In this document: piece by piece, positions 1 through 9,996 of the stretch
How the letters are laid out: the number at the start of each line of letters is the position of its first letter
How positions within the stretch are numbered: position 1 is the stretch's first letter
Origin: Candidatus Poribacteria bacterium
GTDB lineage: Bacteria > Poribacteria > WGA-4E > PCPOR2b
Length of the DNA stretch: 64,000 bases
Direction: 5' to 3'
Assembly: GCA_965116925.1 (NCBI GenBank)
Contig: OZ220744.1
Coordinates: 4,416,001-4,480,000, forward strand
Notes under the pieces: generated by a model
Told to the model about the DNA's origin: nothing
What the model saw: the letters and a program-made list of their open reading frames with translations, nothing else
The model's database searches: none
Position numbers and translations under genes: made by a program

Positions 1-815
1 AGATTCCGCTCTATATCAATACCCCCGGTCCCGATGATTGGTTTGATCCCGTTTCGTGTCGAGATTGGTCGCAACGGATGAAGGAAGCACCGCAAGGCTG
101 GAGCACCTTGAAATTTGGATTTGAACGCTTGATGGGAAATGGACTGCCTGAAGGCAGATACAGCCCCGGACAGATGTCCCAAACGTTGCGAGCAACAGAA
201 TTAGACCTGATTCGTCGGGGCTATGAAAACTGTCGGGAGGCGTTGGGGGACGAGACTGATTTCATCGTCCATTGCCACAACGAATGGGATCTTGCCACTG
301 CGATTGGGTTGGCGCGGGCGGTTGCATCTAGCAATCCGCTCTGGGTAGAGGATGCGTTGCCGGTGTGGTACTCAGATTCCTGGAAGGCACTCAAGCAGGC
401 ATCTCCGGTACGGATTATTACCGGAGAGAAGCTGGAGTTACCGCGTGAATTCCTACCGTTTCTGATGAACGAGGCGTTGGACGCCATCCATCCAGACCTT
501 GTTTTCGCGGGTGGGTTGACAGGTTGTCGAAAGATTGCTGACCTTGCGGAGATGTTCTATATCCCCATTGCAACACATAATGTCGGCAGCTTGGTGCAGA
601 ATATGGCGACAGCGCATTTCGGCGCGTCGGTTAGGAACTTCGTTATAACGGAGACTCGGATCAGCCAAAATGCACTCATCGACGAAATGGCTAAAGAGAA
701 GGTCCAAGTCGCTGATGGGAAGTTGACTGTGCCGAATGGACCAGGACTGGGGATTACATTGATTCCAGAAGTGTTGCGTGAGAATCTACTAGAGGATGAG
801 CCGTATTGGAATTAG
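1..815 (+). CDS. Mandelate racemase/muconate lactonizing enzyme family (enolase superfamily), 5'-truncated by window edge
   Basis: KxG motif (TLKFG), metal-ligand region VED..TGEK..HPD, C-terminal PNGPGLGI; frame open upstream of 78. Confidence 0.85.
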   Translation, partial: IPLYINTPGPDDWFDPVSCRDWSQRMKEAPQGWSTLKFGFERLMGNGLPEGRYSPGQMSQTLRATELDLIRRGYENCREALGDETDFIVHCHNEWDLATAIGLARAVASSNPLWVEDALPVWYSDSWKALKQASPVRIITGEKLELPREFLPFLMNEALDAIHPDLVFAGGLTGCRKIADLAEMFYIPIATHNVGSLVQNMATAHFGASVRNFVITETRISQNALIDEMAKEKVQVADGKLTVPNGPGLGITLIPEVLRENLLEDEPYWN

Positions 816-833
816 TAGGTAGGAAAGCAATAA

Positions 834-857
834 TAGGGCTTATGCATTTCAGTCCTA
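834..857. repeat. Collapsed copy of the TAGGACTTACGCA-ended MITE family
   Basis: TAGGGCTTATGCATTTCAGTCCTA resembles both ends of 23331-23442. Confidence 0.5.
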
Positions 858-1051
858 GAAGTAGATGTGGACGCAGATTACGCAAAATTTCGCAGATAAA
901 AATGGAAAAACGAAAGAAACCTATGTTCTCTCCAATTCATTGGGGACACATTATAATGGGGAGAATGCCATTAGGGTGTCCTCTGCTTATCGGTTAGCTA
1001 CATGAAAAGGGGTGACTTGGGGTTTCCTTATTTTCGATAGAAGGAGATTTT

Positions 1052-1807
1052 ATGACGTTGCGATTTCTTTTGGGGATGTGCATGGTTGTAGCAATTTCGT
1101 TAACTCCTTGGAATGTTATTGCCCAATCCTCTCCCCATAAATTATCCCCTAGAAAAAACACATTGGGATTTGATCTTATTTTCTTGGAGAATGGAGAAAT
1201 AATCCGTGGCGGGCTTGAATATACTATTAACGAAAGTTCAGCGGCAATTTTTACTGCTGGTGTTGGATTACTGGATAATCCCACCGTTCCTCAGTTTCTT
1301 GATGATTTCACAATTCCCCCATATCCTCTTGCTGCGTTCACAATAGGGAAAACCGGTGTACTTGGAGTGACCCCATTGAGTTATTTTTCATATATCGGTT
1401 TTGGTGTTACGTTTGTTCGGGAAATTGGACGCTCGACGATAGAGGTTACTATTGATTCGCCTGAGCCAATTAGAAGCGAGACAATTCAGGATGTTAAAAG
1501 GACGCTGAGTTTAGGCCCTTCGGTCAATGTTGGTGTTTTCAAACCCGTTGAAATTACCCCGGGGTTTATAGCATTGCCTTTTTTCGGACTATCTTATACA
1601 TACCGGTGGACAGCAATAGGGAAAAGCTTTGGCACTGAAGATTTTAAGGGTAATACCGAGTGGAGTGATTTTGCTGGATTGCGTGATTTTGCAGGAACGC
1701 TTGGTATGGAGTTTGAACTCTCGCCTAAGTTCGGTGTATTTGGAGCTTTAGATTTCTTTTTTAATGATTCTGCGACGATAACCCGTATTGGTGTCAACTT
1801 CTACTAA
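1052..1807 (+). CDS. Hypothetical exported protein, probable outer-membrane beta-barrel
   Basis: AAGGAG RBS, signal peptide, alternating hydrophobic strands, C-terminal ..IGVNFY. Confidence 0.6.
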   Translation: MTLRFLLGMCMVVAISLTPWNVIAQSSPHKLSPRKNTLGFDLIFLENGEIIRGGLEYTINESSAAIFTAGVGLLDNPTVPQFLDDFTIPPYPLAAFTIGKTGVLGVTPLSYFSYIGFGVTFVREIGRSTIEVTIDSPEPIRSETIQDVKRTLSLGPSVNVGVFKPVEITPGFIALPFFGLSYTYRWTAIGKSFGTEDFKGNTEWSDFAGLRDFAGTLGMEFELSPKFGVFGALDFFFNDSATITRIGVNFY

Positions 1808-2040
1808 ATACGGTGCTCTAGATAAATGACGGTGGACGATTTCTCAATATGGGTAGGAAATAATAAAATTATAATGAAAATTAACCGCAGAGACACAGAG
1901 AACACAGAGCAAAATTTTGTTATGTTTCTCCAAGTCTCTGCGTTAAATTCAGAAAGGTTTGTCGCAATTTATTGTGCAATGAGAGGAAAAACTGGGACAT
2001 CTACCGGTTTGATTTCTGTGGCGGTCATGTTACGTATGGC

Positions 2041-2382
2041 TTAACCGACTGCCGCAGCGACGATGAGTCCCAATGCGATGATTACACCGGCAACAGCAAT
2101 TCCCGCCGCCGTGTTGTTATCTTCGGCGATCTGATGATCGAGGTCAAAGGGGGTAACCAAGTCGAAAATTTTATAGCCAACCATCAGAACAATCACTCCG
2201 ACGATGCTAAAAATAACGCTTTCGATGACAAGCAGCGCAAGATGCTTGAAATCAATGAACACCGCGTTTGCTGCCGCGGCTTCACCTGTTGCCTGTGCAT
2301 CGGCTGGCGTTGACCACATTGATGCAGCAACGATACATCCAATCGCGATACAAAAACTGAGCAGCACAATTTTCTTCGCCAT
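2041..2382 (-). CDS. DUF350-like small membrane protein
   Basis: FDLVTPFDLDHQIAEDNNTAAGI motif; AAGGAGAG RBS before MAKKIV (ORF track starts at 2454). Confidence 0.75.
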   Translation of the reverse strand: MAKKIVLLSFCIAIGCIVAASMWSTPADAQATGEAAAANAVFIDFKHLALLVIESVIFSIVGVIVLMVGYKIFDLVTPFDLDHQIAEDNNTAAGIAVAGVIIALGLIVAAAVG

Positions 2383-2509
2383 TTGTTCTCTCCTTTTGAT
2401 CTTCGTTTGGGGTACAGAATCTCGAAACCTCGTAACAGGTTGACACTCTATCATAGTGTTACGTTCAAAATCAATAGAAAAATTAAGAGCGTATGGGTAA
2501 CACGCAGAG

Positions 2510-3549
2510 CTATCCTTTCACGATTTCTGCACGAACAAAGTGATAGCCGACCGCCCCGGCGGGATCTGCATCGAAGCCTGTTTCCTTTTGTGTCAGTCCA
2601 TCATTGGCGATGGCTCTAGCGGAGATCTCCACCTCCCCCGGATTGTCGGGCACCTGCCACCTATATTTCCAGAGATACCATGCCAACGGTGAGTCACTCC
2701 CCCAAATGTCCGCTGCCTCCCACGTGCTAACATCATCGACACTGGTGGTGATGCCGTCATCGATGCTCACTTCGACCCGCTCAATCCCTCCATGGTTTCC
2801 GCTGTCAAAGGCGGCACCGCTGATTGTATATGTCCCACCAGCTTGAAGAACCTGGTCATTACTAGGTGTACCGATTAGGGTTGCCAGTTTGACGCGGGCA
2901 ACGGGGTCCCAACCTTTTCTTCCCAATACCCCACGTGCGATTCCGCCAACATGATGTTCATGATCCATTTCGGATTCTTTGTGCCGTAGTGACCGGGATT
3001 GAGCAGCCGGACCGGGAAACCGTGGTCGGCCGGGAGAGGTTCGCCATTCATTTTATATGCCAAGAGCACCTCCTCACGGAGGGCGCGATCTATCGGGATC
3101 GCGGTATGATAACCGTCGGCACAGCGGAATACGACAACCTTTGCCTCCGCCTTGACCCCTGCCTTATCAAGGACATTTCGTAGGGGTACACCGGTCCACA
3201 TCGCATTACTCATCTGTTCTGCACCGATTGGATCGCCGATGCACTTGAGTGTCCGCATCGTCGTCACGGATTCCATGCCTGTTATATCTTCGTAATTCAA
3301 CATAATCGGTTGAGGTTTTTCAACCAATCCCGTTATCCCCATCCTCCAGTGTTCAGCCTTGAGAACCGGCACCTGATCAATCTGAAGGACATAAAACTTG
3401 CCCTTTGGTGTAATCATTGATGCCGGTTTGAGTATCTCTTTAGGGATGTCGTTTTCAGCAGGCAGAGAACGGAGCGGCAGCGTTAAACCCCCTACGCTCA
3501 CTGCGGCGACTCGAATGAATTTTCTGCGGTTCATGGTCTTCTCCATCAT
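2510..3549 (-). pseudogene. Tat-exported sulfite-oxidase-family molybdoenzyme, split by a single-base frameshift near 2913-2918
   Basis: NRRKF Tat motif, Mo-ligand LKCIG, HGFPVRL..PG.YG.K.PKW in 2875-3549; GYWEEK continues as GWDPVA plus dimerisation domain in another frame. Confidence 0.8.
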
Positions 3550-3576
3550 TATTATTTATTTGGCAAGGAGTCTTAT

Positions 3577-4905
3577 TCACTCACCTGTCACTTGGGGCGA
3601 AGTCAAGCGTTCAAGTGCCGATACCACATCAGGGTCATCGAATAAAATCTGGTTGAGCTCACGAAGATGTTCCCGCGCTACATTCACATTCCCAACCTTT
3701 TCATTCGCAAGAACAAGGTTATACTTTGCATCAAGTAGGTTCGCATCTGCTTCTAGCGCACTTTCAAAAGCCTGAATTGCTAGATTAAGTTTGTTCATTG
3801 TCATGTATAACGTGCCCAGATTGCAGTGTGGAATTGCAGGTTTCTCGGAATGTTTAATCGCAAGTTCAAATTCGCCTTGGGCGCGCTCGTCATCTTCAAT
3901 AATCAGGTAGATAAAGCCGAGGTTGTTATGTAGGCTGCCGTTCTTTGGTGCTGATCTGATTCCCTGTCGCAGCGTTGAACGCGCCTGATCTAATTCGTTG
4001 CGCTTAAAATGGATAATTGCTCGTTGATTCAGCAGATCTGGACTATTGGGCTGCTTTGCTAGTTCAGATTGGATCTCCTTAAGTTCGGCTTCATAGCCGG
4101 TCTTGGGCAGAACGGTGTGTGCTAATGTTGGGATGCGAAATTCTGCACCAAGTTTCAAAGCGTACTGGGGTGGGCGTATGCCGTTATATCGCGCCAATTG
4201 CTGCCAATCTCGATATTTTTTTGGAAAAATCCGATTTTCGTATGCCCGAACGAAATTATAGAGTGTATCCCCTTGGGAGATTTCAGCTCGAATATCGGTA
4301 TACTTTCGCACTGGATACCGCCCAATAAGTAGCCGTGGATCCGGCTCAGGAATCGGAATTGTTAGCACGGCTTCGGTCGGTGGCGTCGTGGGTGTTAAAA
4401 CCTCTGGCGCAGATGAGGTTTCGGCTGTCAGTGTCACAGGTGCTGAAACCTCTGCGGTAGATGAGGTTTCGACTGTCGATGCTTCTGGTGCTGAAACGTC
4501 TGGAGTCGGTGTAGTTTCAACTGTTGGTGCTGCCGGTGTTGAGGTCTCTGGCTTCGACGTAGTTTCAGCTGTCGATGTCGCGGGTGTTGAAGTTTCAAGC
4601 GGAACAGCTGTCTGTTTCGGTTGTTTAATTTGGGCAAACTGGATCTGTTTGACTTGGGTAGACAATAAATCGAAAGAGTCTGTTAATGTCTGCGACACTG
4701 AGATCCAAGGGACAGCATAGATTAGGAGTGCGATCAGGCTGATGCCCACAATCATCCCTATTATTAGGGCGGCTTGATTTGTTGATCGGGGTTGCGGAGA
4801 AGCGTTTATCTGTACCGGCAATGGGGGGAAGGGCAACACACCGATCTCATTTTGTTTGTGGTTACTTACTCTATCTTTTTTCACAGGCTCCCTCCAATAT
4901 AACAT
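3577..4905 (-). CDS. Membrane-anchored protein with Thr/Ser/Pro/Glu linker, LysM-like domain and TPR repeats
   Basis: One TM helix, ETS/TP-rich repeats, ISQGDTL..LARYN..LKLG..RIP, TPR motifs (HNNLG, CNLG, YNL); likely GTG start at 4884. Confidence 0.8.
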   Translation of the reverse strand: MLYWREPVKKDRVSNHKQNEIGVLPFPPLPVQINASPQPRSTNQAALIIGMIVGISLIALLIYAVPWISVSQTLTDSFDLLSTQVKQIQFAQIKQPKQTAVPLETSTPATSTAETTSKPETSTPAAPTVETTPTPDVSAPEASTVETSSTAEVSAPVTLTAETSSAPEVLTPTTPPTEAVLTIPIPEPDPRLLIGRYPVRKYTDIRAEISQGDTLYNFVRAYENRIFPKKYRDWQQLARYNGIRPPQYALKLGAEFRIPTLAHTVLPKTGYEAELKEIQSELAKQPNSPDLLNQRAIIHFKRNELDQARSTLRQGIRSAPKNGSLHNNLGFIYLIIEDDERAQGEFELAIKHSEKPAIPHCNLGTLYMTMNKLNLAIQAFESALEADANLLDAKYNLVLANEKVGNVNVAREHLRELNQILFDDPDVVSALERLTSPQVTGE

Positions 4906-5018
4906 CTGCTAGATTATAGCAACCGCTAGTATGGGTGTCAAGAACTTTCATGTCATTTTTAGGGGCGTTTAGCCTTCGGCTTTTTAACCATTTTGTTTGA
5001 AAAGTTGTAACCGGAGAA

Positions 5019-5327
5019 TCGCACCGGTTTGGAGTGTCTCATTAATTCTAAGATCCACTATAAATTATAATCCCAATCTGCAATCAACAATAAGAATCCC
5101 AACGATAAGATGAAGATAAAATGTAATTGTTTGTAACTGTTTGTAATACGATTGATGGGCATGACGAAGCATTTCATGCTGAAATAGGGACAATTTTCCC
5201 ATTTGCGCGGGAAAATTGGGAAAATTTGATTTTCGCAGGCGAAACGTAACCTTTTTAATCTCACTCATGCTACCTTAACACCTCATCTTTTAACTGCGTA
5301 AGTCCTATTATTTATGAATTCACTATA
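5019..5327. mobile_element. Cluster of degenerate MITE/IS ends
   Basis: 5031-5062 is an inverted match to the left end of 56628-56735; 5311-5327 matches its right end; TGCGTAAGTCCTA at 5295-5307. Confidence 0.65.
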
Positions 5328-5350
5328 AATGCCCCTATCTCATTTTTCCA

Positions 5351-5380
5351 TTGACAATTTGGAGGTGGATGGTGTATCTT
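5351..5380 (+). promoter_or_regulatory. Putative sigma70 promoter of the ffh operon
   Basis: TTGACA-N18-TATCTT. Confidence 0.5.
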
Positions 5381-5479
5381 AATTGATTCGCAAACCTGTT
5401 CTTATGCAGATGGAGGTCAGGAACGCACTCAGGGGTTCATCTGGGTTTTACCCATTATGTCTCAGGCAAAGGAAATATC

Positions 5480-6886
5480 ATGTTTGAAAGTTTATCGGGC
5501 AAGTTGCAAGGGGTTCTCAAATCGCTACGCGGTCAAGGCAAACTGACCGAGAAAAACATATCTGATGCACTCCGGGAGGTTCGTCTCGCATTGCTTGAGG
5601 CGGATGTGGATTACAAAACCGTCCGTGAATTTATCAACGGTGTCAGGGAAAGATCTCTCGGTCAGGCGGTGCTCGGTAGCTTCACCTCAGATCTTCAGAT
5701 AGCGAAGATTATCGGCGATGAGCTCACAAAACTGATGGGAGAGGAAGCAGCACCGGTCACTATAGCACCAAGTGGTCCAACAATCATTATGATGGTTGGT
5801 CTACAGGGTGGTGGGAAAACGACAGCTTCAGCCAAACTTGCGCTGAGATTCAAATCAGAGGGTCGAAATCCCCTTTTGGTTGCAGCAGATATCTATCGTC
5901 CAGCGGCTATTAAGCAGCTGCAAGTGCTTGGTGAACAGATTGATGTGCCTGTGTTCTCAATGGGAACTGAGGTCTCTCCTGCGACCATCATTCAAGCTGC
6001 TGTCAAGCAGTCGTTGAATCGTGGGAATAATTTTGTGATCATTGACACAGCCGGCCGGTTACATGTTGATGAAGCACTGATGGATGAATTGCGGGAGGTT
6101 AAGTCCGCCGTCAATCCGACCGAAATTTTACTCGTTGTTGATGCGATGACCGGTCAAGATGCGGTCAATGTTGCCCAGCATTTTAATGATAACTTGGACA
6201 TTGATGGTGTTATCCTGACCAAGTTGGATGGTGATGCACGTGGCGGCGCAGCACTGTCTATTCGTTCCGTAACGCAGAAACCGATCAAGTTTGTTGGCGT
6301 TGGAGAGAAGATCGATGCGACAACATTGGAGGAATTCCATCCGGATCGGATGGCGTCTCGGATACTTGGAGAAGGGGACTTTGCAACCCTGATTGAAAGG
6401 GCTGAATCTGTTTTTAGCCAAGATCAAGCCGACGAATTAGAGCGTAAGCTGCTTGAACAGGAGGGGTTAGATTTCAATGATTTGTTGATGCAGCTTGAAC
6501 AGATCAAGAACATGGGACCATTGGACCAACTTGTCGAGATGATTCCCGGCGTCAATAAGCTTCCGATGAAAAACATGCAGGTTGACGAATCGCAGTTGAA
6601 ATATACGAAAGCGATGATTCAGTCAATGACGCCGATGGAGCGCCGGAATTCGCGTCCCCTTGATAGCAGTCGTCGGTTGCGCATTGCCAAGGGAAGCGGT
6701 ACAACCGTTCGCCAAGTCAATCAATTGGTTGATCAGCTCAAATTTATGAACCGCATGATGCAGCAACACCCGATGGTGGACGTGCCGCAACTTGGTGGTG
6801 GTGGTTCGGTTGCACTTAAAGGGAAACCTGCACTTAAAGGAAAACCAAAGAAACGTAGAAAAAGGAAAAGACGTAAATCACGCTAA
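5480..6886 (+). CDS. ffh: Signal recognition particle protein
   Basis: GLQGGGKTT, DTAGR, TKLDGDARGG, Met-rich M domain with RIAKGSG. Confidence 0.98.
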   Translation: MFESLSGKLQGVLKSLRGQGKLTEKNISDALREVRLALLEADVDYKTVREFINGVRERSLGQAVLGSFTSDLQIAKIIGDELTKLMGEEAAPVTIAPSGPTIIMMVGLQGGGKTTASAKLALRFKSEGRNPLLVAADIYRPAAIKQLQVLGEQIDVPVFSMGTEVSPATIIQAAVKQSLNRGNNFVIIDTAGRLHVDEALMDELREVKSAVNPTEILLVVDAMTGQDAVNVAQHFNDNLDIDGVILTKLDGDARGGAALSIRSVTQKPIKFVGVGEKIDATTLEEFHPDRMASRILGEGDFATLIERAESVFSQDQADELERKLLEQEGLDFNDLLMQLEQIKNMGPLDQLVEMIPGVNKLPMKNMQVDESQLKYTKAMIQSMTPMERRNSRPLDSSRRLRIAKGSGTTVRQVNQLVDQLKFMNRMMQQHPMVDVPQLGGGGSVALKGKPALKGKPKKRRKRKRRKSR

Positions 6887-6906
6887 GTTTGGAGCACGGT
6901 TTATTT

Positions 6907-6944
6907 TATGAGTAGGGAACAACGATCGTTGTTCCCTACTCATA
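6907..6944. repeat. Perfect 38-bp palindrome (GTAG-type REP)
   Basis: TATGAGTAGGGAACAACGA|TCGTTGTTCCCTACTCATA; related copies at 37711-37738 and 49635-49662. Confidence 0.9.
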
Positions 6945-6975
6945 GAAAAGGTTCTTACGAAATAGGAGGTAACAT

Positions 6976-7347
6976 TTGGCAGTACGAATTAGACTTCAGC
7001 GGCATGGAAAGAAAAGACGTCCTTTTTATCGGCTGGTGGCCGTTGACTCTCGAAGTCAAAGAGATGGACGTTTTATTGAGCGGATTGGGCATTATGATCC
7101 GATGACCGATCCGGCAAACATCGTAATTGACGCGGAAAAAGCATTAAAATGGTTGAGAACTGGTGCACAACCTTCTGACACAGCCAAGGATCTCATGTCA
7201 AAAGTTGGTGTTTGGGAACAGTTCATAAACGAAAAAGAGGGCCAGCCCACCTCAACTTTAGAAACACAGTCAACGCCTGCTTCAGAAGAAGGTTCCGAGG
7301 CAGCAGCATCCGCTTCTGCTGAAGAATCCGCAGAAGAAGCAAATTAA
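6976..7347 (+). CDS. rpsP: 30S ribosomal protein S16
   Basis: MAVRIRLQRHGKKRRPFYR..GAQPSDT; AGGAGG RBS, TTG start. Confidence 0.98.
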   Translation: MAVRIRLQRHGKKRRPFYRLVAVDSRSQRDGRFIERIGHYDPMTDPANIVIDAEKALKWLRTGAQPSDTAKDLMSKVGVWEQFINEKEGQPTSTLETQSTPASEEGSEAAASASAEESAEEAN

Positions 7348-7357
7348 TGTCTCGCGT

Positions 7358-7431
7358 ACAGACTTACGCACTTCAGCACAGTTGATGCGGGAAACCAGAT
7401 GCCCCGCCTACAGTTGGCTGCGTGGGTCCTA
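7358..7431. mobile_element. MITE-like element of the TAGGACTTACGCA family
   Basis: GACTTACGCA...TGCGTGGGTCCTA; shares AGATGCCCCGCCTACAGTT with 23331-23442. Confidence 0.7.
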
Positions 7432-7463
7432 TTAGTGTAAAATTGCGTTTTTAGGGGGATCCT

Positions 7464-7715
7464 ATGCTCAAGGATTTGATTGAATATCTCGCAAAATCCC
7501 TCGTTGATTACCCAGATCAGGTCAGCGTCAACGAAGTCGAAGGTAACACTGTGACTATTCTCGAACTGAGCGTTGTCCCTGAAGATTTAGGAAAAGTCAT
7601 TGGGAAACAGGGGCGCACAGCCAAGGCAATGCGATCTCTGCTACTTGCTGCGGGAGTCAAAGCACGTAAAAAGGCAATACTTGAGATTGTCGAACACCGT
7701 CAAGCGGTAGAGTAA
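7464..7715 (+). CDS. khpA: KH-domain RNA-binding protein (YlqC/KhpA)
   Basis: LVDYPDQV, DLGKVIGKQGRTA; conserved position after rpsP. Confidence 0.93.
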   Translation: MLKDLIEYLAKSLVDYPDQVSVNEVEGNTVTILELSVVPEDLGKVIGKQGRTAKAMRSLLLAAGVKARKKAILEIVEHRQAVE

Positions 7716-7747
7716 GCATTTGGAATCCTACCGGCTCACTATAACGA

Positions 7748-8170
7748 ATGAGTGGGAGAGATATGGCTGTTATTGTCAAAAGACCTGTGATTTTGAAAAA
7801 TATTGTGACCGCTGCCTTCAAGGAGCAACTCACGCAGGAGTTAGAACACACGATTCGCCAGATTGAAACATGGCTGCAGCAAGAGGAGTTCCAAAGTCGA
7901 CGTTTGATTGCGGAAGCGCAAAAGCGAGATCCACGTCATGTAAATCAGTTGCGTGAAGAGATTCACCAAGAACGCGAAAAACAGGAGCAGGTGAAAAGCA
8001 ATCTCAGCCAGAAGTTAGCGCAGGTTAAGCAACTGGAGATCGATACCCTTTTTACCAGCGGAACGTATGATGCGCCTGTCAAAATTGAGGTAGGGGATGA
8101 CATCCGCGCCAAACTGTCTCAGGCAGAAATTATCGTCAAAGATGGAGTTGTCGTCCAGGTCATTGAATGA
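7748..8170 (+). CDS. YlqD family protein
   Basis: [16 protein letters not shown], coiled coil, EIIVKDGVV; ylqD position in operon. Confidence 0.8.
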   Translation: MSGRDMAVIVKRPVILKNIVTAAFKEQLTQELEHTIRQIETWLQQEEFQSRRLIAEAQKRDPRHVNQLREEIHQEREKQEQVKSNLSQKLAQVKQLEIDTLFTSGTYDAPVKIEVGDDIRAKLSQAEIIVKDGVVVQVIE

Positions 8171-8910
8171 GAATTGACATCATTACCATTTTTCCAGAGG
8201 TCATCCTGCCGGTATTGCAAGCTGGCATCTTGAGGCGTGCACAAGCGAGAGACATATTGGCAGTCAATGTTTACAACCTGCGCGACTTTACGACAGACCG
8301 CCACCAAACAGTTGATGACTACCCTTACGGGGGCGGCGCAGGCATGATTTTGAAACCGGAGCCGCTTTTCGCCGCGATCAGGGCACTGCATCCAGAATCA
8401 ACTGCGCGTGTTATTTACCTGACCCCACAAGGAACTCCCTTTAACCAGTCATGTGCTGAAGCCCTTTCTCTTGAAGCGCATCTAATCTTGATTTGTGGAC
8501 GCTACAAGGGCATTGATGAACGGGTACGAATGAAGCTAGTCACAGACGAGATTTCTATCGGTGATTATGTCCTCAGCGGTGGAGAAATTCCAGCACTGGT
8601 GCTCGTTGATGCGATTGGTCGAGTTTTGCCGCGGGCGTTGGGCAATTACGAATCAGCACAGGAGGATTCATTTAGCCAAGGCTTATTGGATTGTCCACAT
8701 TATACACGCCCTGCTGAGTTTGAGGGAATGAAGGTCCCCGATATTCTGTTGAGTGGGCACCATGAAAACATTACGCACTGGCAACACGAACAGTCTCTCA
8801 AGCGGACGGCTGAACGTCGTCCAGACTTGCTCGAAAACGTTGAGCTTTCGGCTGAAGATATTGCCTATCTAAAGTCTCGGAAGAATTCAGACATAAAGAG
8901 TCATGCGTAA
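8167..8910 (+). CDS. trmD: tRNA (guanine37-N1)-methyltransferase
   Basis: [29 protein letters not shown]. Confidence 0.98.
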   Translation: MRIDIITIFPEVILPVLQAGILRRAQARDILAVNVYNLRDFTTDRHQTVDDYPYGGGAGMILKPEPLFAAIRALHPESTARVIYLTPQGTPFNQSCAEALSLEAHLILICGRYKGIDERVRMKLVTDEISIGDYVLSGGEIPALVLVDAIGRVLPRALGNYESAQEDSFSQGLLDCPHYTRPAEFEGMKVPDILLSGHHENITHWQHEQSLKRTAERRPDLLENVELSAEDIAYLKSRKNSDIKSHA

Positions 8911-9031
8911 AAGGTGAAGACCGGAAAACGGGACATGAAGCCACCTCGTTTTCTTAATATTCCCTATCTCCTGCTTATATCATGGGCAGTGTCAAGGCTA
9001 TAAACACCCGAATGAAAGGAGGAATCAAACA

Positions 9032-9391
9032 ATGAATCTTATTGAATCTGTTGAGAGCGAATATACGAAAACCGATATTCCTGACTTTGGGCCCGGGGAT
9101 CTCGTGCGGGTCAATACCCGTATCCGAGAGGGTTCAAAAGAACGTATCCAAGCCTATGAAGGAACGGTCATTCGACGATCTAACGGTGGGTTGAGTGAGA
9201 CATTTACCGTCCGTCGTGTTGCTTATGGCGAAGGGAGTGAAAGGACCTTTCCGGCGCATTCACCAAATATTGAAAGTATCCAAATTATTCGATACGGTGC
9301 CATCCGCCGAGCAAAACTGTACTACTTACGAGATCGAACCGGAAAAGGTATACGAATCCGTGAAAGGCGGCAAACCACCGATAACGCATAG
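9032..9391 (+). CDS. rplS: 50S ribosomal protein L19
   Basis: [23 protein letters not shown]. Confidence 0.98.
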   Translation: MNLIESVESEYTKTDIPDFGPGDLVRVNTRIREGSKERIQAYEGTVIRRSNGGLSETFTVRRVAYGEGSERTFPAHSPNIESIQIIRYGAIRRAKLYYLRDRTGKGIRIRERRQTTDNA

Positions 9392-9995
9392 AGGGAACTA
9401 TCCAGCGGAAATACAACAGTTTGAACAAACCTTACGACAGCAGGGCTATCAGCGTATCGCGGGGATTGACGAGGCTGGACGAGGCGCATTAGCGGGTCCT
9501 GTTGTCGCAGCAGCGGTTGTTCTTCCTATCAATTGTCAGATTTCAGGTGTGACAGACTCAAAACAGCTGACTCCTAAACGGCGGGCTGAACTGTTCGACG
9601 AGATCTACCGCACAGCTGTGGCGGTGGGTGTGGGTCGTGTTGATAATGAGGAGATTGATCGAATCAATATTCTCCAAGCCACAATGGGTGCGATGGCTCA
9701 AGCTATTACACAAATCACACCTGCCCCGGATTACGCCCTTGTGGATGGTACACATCTTCCTGAAATCTCTTTACTCGCCGAAGCAATTCCAAAGGGCGAT
9801 ACTCTTATCCAGTCTATTGCCGCCGCCTCGATTATTGCAAAAGTCACGCGAGATCGCCTGATGATAGCACTCGATGAAACCTATCCGGGCTACGGTTTCC
9901 CAGTCCACAAAGGATACGGTACACTTCTGCATCGTCAGGCAATCGCCCAACTTGGACCTTGCCCTATCCATCGGCGCAGCTTTAAGCTACAGTAA
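9360..9995 (+). CDS. rnhB: Ribonuclease HII
   Basis: [37 protein letters not shown]; start uncertain (in-frame GTG at 9360 overlaps rplS). Confidence 0.95.
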   Translation: MKGGKPPITHRGNYPAEIQQFEQTLRQQGYQRIAGIDEAGRGALAGPVVAAAVVLPINCQISGVTDSKQLTPKRRAELFDEIYRTAVAVGVGRVDNEEIDRINILQATMGAMAQAITQITPAPDYALVDGTHLPEISLLAEAIPKGDTLIQSIAAASIIAKVTRDRLMIALDETYPGYGFPVHKGYGTLLHRQAIAQLGPCPIHRRSFKLQ

Positions 9996-9996
9996 G

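Noticed and set aside
1826..2044. Short ORFs over low-complexity repeats (also 865-897 and 13151-13192)
   Set aside because: ACACAGAG and CGGATT-type short tandem repeats between genes; no coding evidence
5390..5470. 4.5S SRP RNA gene upstream of ffh
   Set aside because: Lacks the GNRA tetraloop and AGCAG strand
8911..9031. L19 leader RNA
   Set aside because: No convincing match or stable conserved stem by eye
9195..9359. Long N-terminal extension of RNase HII
   Set aside because: Overlaps rplS out of frame; RNase HII similarity begins near 9410
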